Assembly (NCBI GenBank): GCA_044892505.1
Contig: CM097882.1
Span: 331,638,001 to 331,702,000, forward strand
Length of the DNA: 64,000 nt
Source: Schmidtea nova
Taxonomy: Eukaryota
Direction: 5' to 3'
In this document: positions 61,379-64,000 of the stretch, piece by piece
Layout of the letters: each line of letters opens with the position of its first letter
Position numbering within the stretch: position 1 is the stretch's first letter
Notes under the pieces: model-generated
What the model was told of the DNA's origin: nothing
The model's input: the letters and a program-made list of their open reading frames with translations, nothing else
Databases searched by the model: none
Translations under genes and position numbers: made by a program

Positions 61379-62389
61379 TAGCTAATACAGATAATTTTTT
61401 GCTTTAACAATGGCTAATTTTACCCCCAAAATTAAAATTTTCTTCTTCTAACCACGTTCATTTTATGTGACTTAATAAAACTGTAAAAAATATGCTTTAA
61501 CATTAAATCATTAACAACAAAAAATTTTTACTTTATATAAAAACTGTTAGAGTCAAATAAGACAAGAGAAGTTTAATATAAATCGCACTAAAATAAAAAA
61601 AACTGTTCCTGTTTTTAATATTCCTTTTTCAATAAGAACAACCGTTAACTACAATCTATTACGTAAAATTATTAAAAAATTTAAGTAAATTATTCACACT
61701 TTAACGTCTTTACGTGAAGAGTTTCGAAAACAAAATGCGAAAATAAATTACAAGTTACATCACACAATTTAAGGGGATGCACTAAATTTTGTGCTTATAT
61801 TGTACGAAAAAGGACAAATGGAGAAATATGTACGCGTTGCTGCGAAACCTTTACCGCGTATTGCGAAATTTTAGTGGTAAAATACAAAATCGTGCAACTC
61901 CGAAACCGCGCAGTTCGAGGGAATGCAATATTCTAATATTTAAGCAAGGTTTTTTTTCACTGACAAATGCGCATAATTATTTTTTAATAAAATTTAATTT
62001 TGAAAAATTTTTAATTTTTGGCGATTTTGTGGATCACCTAAACTACACTTTAAATTCTAAATTTCAAATTCATTTAAAGTTTTATATCAAAATTTTTAAG
62101 AAGCTAAAATTATTAAATTAATTTATTGGTTTATAAAGTTTTATTGTGTTGGAATATTAATGCATTTCGTAACAAGGAGCGCGCGAAATCAGATTTATAA
62201 TGCCAAATTTTATAACTAACTTAACATGTTTAAATAAATTTAAAATGAAATTAAAATCTTTATAAACTACATTTGTTCTAAATTCAAATACTCACCAAAT
62301 GAGATACTAACCACTATAATCGGATAATCAGTTAGTCAATAATTAAGTTGCTTTTTCAATAATTATTATTTTTATTTTAACTTTTTCAG

Positions 62390-62533
62390 AAATTGAAAAC
62401 GGTAAAAATCAATGATCAGATAGTTAAGCTTAATATTTGGGATACGGCTGGTGAAGAAAAATATAATTCATTGACTTCTGCATTTTACAGAGGTTGTCAT
62501 GGGTTTGTGATAGTTTTCAGTCTAACTGACAAA
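62390..62533 (+). CDS. Rab1-like exon 4 (WDTAGEE)
   Basis: ttttcag|AAA TTG AAA...GAC AAA|gtttat. Confidence 0.92.
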
Positions 62534-62580
62534 GTTTATAATGTTATTTTTAAAATATGTTTACATTCAATAATTGTTAG

Positions 62581-62712
62581 AAATCTTATGATAATTTATC
62601 ATATTGGTTGAAAGAAATTGACAGAAATGCGAACTCGACAAATGTAAGATTACTGGTAGGAAATAAGACAGATCTTTATAATGAACGTGTTATATCCCTG
62701 GAAGAAGCTAGC
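62581..62712 (+). CDS. Rab1-like exon 5 (LLVGNKTD)
   Basis: tgttag|AAA TCT TAT GAT AAT...GCT AGC|gtaaat. Confidence 0.92.
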
Positions 62713-62783
62713 GTAAATAAATTATTTTTTTGATTATTAGTAAATAACAATTTTTATTATTTTTAATATTTAAATTTTTGAAG

Positions 62784-62975
62784 ATGTTTGCTGACTCTCG
62801 GAAATTACAATATATTGAAACCAGTGCAAAATCTTCTGAAAATGTTGAAGAAGCATTTTTAACTTGTGCTGACGATATAATTTCATTATTTCCGGATTCA
62901 AAGCTGCAAAATAATATAATTACATTGAGCCCTCACAATGTTACAGTATCAGATTCGTCGTGCTCTAACTGTTGA
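62784..62975 (+). CDS. Rab1-like exon 6 (ETSAK, C-terminal SCSNC*)
   Basis: ttgaag|ATG TTT GCT GAC...TGC TCT AAC TGT TGA. Confidence 0.92.
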   Translation: MFADSRKLQYIETSAKSSENVEEAFLTCADDIISLFPDSKLQNNIITLSPHNVTVSDSSCSNC

Positions 62976-64000
62976 ATACATTTTTTGTGCTATTTAATTT
63001 ATAGGCAATTTATCCTTTTAATTTTCATTAATAAATCTTTTTGAATTTTGGTTCAACCTTTTGAATTCTTAAAATGGAATCAATTAATTAAATACCCCAG
63101 CTTACCAAAAGTCTCCAGTCAGGCAGTTATTTACATATTGCAGTTTATAATAAATAGCAATGGGAACAAATGTTACAAACACACACGAATACTGAATGTC
63201 TGTTGTTCTGAGAGAGTTAGTACTTCGTTATATTCCCTTTCACCTGGATAACAAGGCGGATTCTAGGACAATATCTCCCCGGACAAATACACCCTTTTGA
63301 CTTGGTTAAACACATGAAGACCATTCGTACTAACTACGTCAGAACTATTATTTCAGACTTAATATTACACAGTAGTTGTCAACAGATCCGAGCAATAGGA
63401 TATAGATCGATTGCTCCACTCGGTTTGAGGAGTATTACGGTAGAGACGAAAGCTGTGTGTCATGTGGTTTCATATCATTCGATTGCGTAACGAGGCGCGA
63501 TTTAAATAGATGTTTAATATGACACTATCGTCAGAATAAACTTACTGAACGATACAATGGGAACGGGGTGGGAGATTTCGATAGCAAACTCTTGTTCGCG
63601 TCGTTTTCAGGCTCTATTTCACTTTCCTAGTTGACTTCTGATAAGCTAGGCACCGGGTCTGCGTGGTTGTCTGGTTATAACCACGCCAAGGCAGCTCATC
63701 ATGTCCGAGGACAAAGAACGGCACTGTAAATTTCGGTTTAGATATCAAGATGTCATCATGTTGACGCGGCAGACCAACGAGAATACTTACACCCGTATCT
63801 GATTGCACATGTATTGAGCAGTTATATAGCATAACTTGTAGCTGCTGCCGTTATACTATAAATCGGCGTCGGTTGTCGATCGAAAGCTTCTGCAATGACA
63901 TGCCATTCTCACTCCGTCACACTTTTTTAGAGGATATTTTATCTCTACACATTCTCCATAGACTTTAACCCCCTGTTTGAATGTGATTCAGATTCAGATT

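Larger units (their letters stand above)
8596..62975 (+). other. Rab1: Rab1-like small GTPase gene, 6 exons, 201 aa
   Basis: Spliced product MSERDY-NFVFKIVIIGDAHVGKTSLLSRFT-DDKFNESYLTTLGVDF-KLKTVKINDQIVKLNIWDTAGEEKY...GNKTD...ETSAK...SCSNC*. All introns are GT-AG with compatible phases. Confidence 0.8.

Noticed and set aside
63302-63832. Short ORFs downstream of the Rab gene
   Set aside because: No motifs or homologues within the window

Overview
AT-rich eukaryotic genomic DNA with two N gaps near the start. One host gene spans almost the whole window: a divergent 201-aa Rab1-like GTPase with six exons (8596-62975, +). Its introns are strongly bimodal: 49, 47 and 71 nt versus about 48.4 kb and 5.2 kb. 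The large introns hold nested transposon debris: Merlin, several hAT types, piggyBac, an IS630/Tc1-like element, MITEs, and actin and HSP90 fragments. The most striking content is an element family I cannot assign to a known group. It has at least 9 divergent copies or fragments. Complete copies are about 3.1-3.5 kb, start TGTTGGG, end CC(C)AGCA or CCCACCA, and make 4-bp target duplications. None encodes a recognisable transposase, integrase or reverse transcriptase. They carry a GATTGG-N~22-TATA promoter, small orphan ORFs (a W-x-G..WP family and a coiled-coil/Arg-rich family), and a ~220-250 nt 3'-terminal block whose helices show many compensatory changes, with GNRA loops and a probable kissing loop. 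Two subtypes with apparently unrelated interiors share this RNA module. All alignments and folds were done by eye, and no database searches were run. Copy labels (A-L) are my own.
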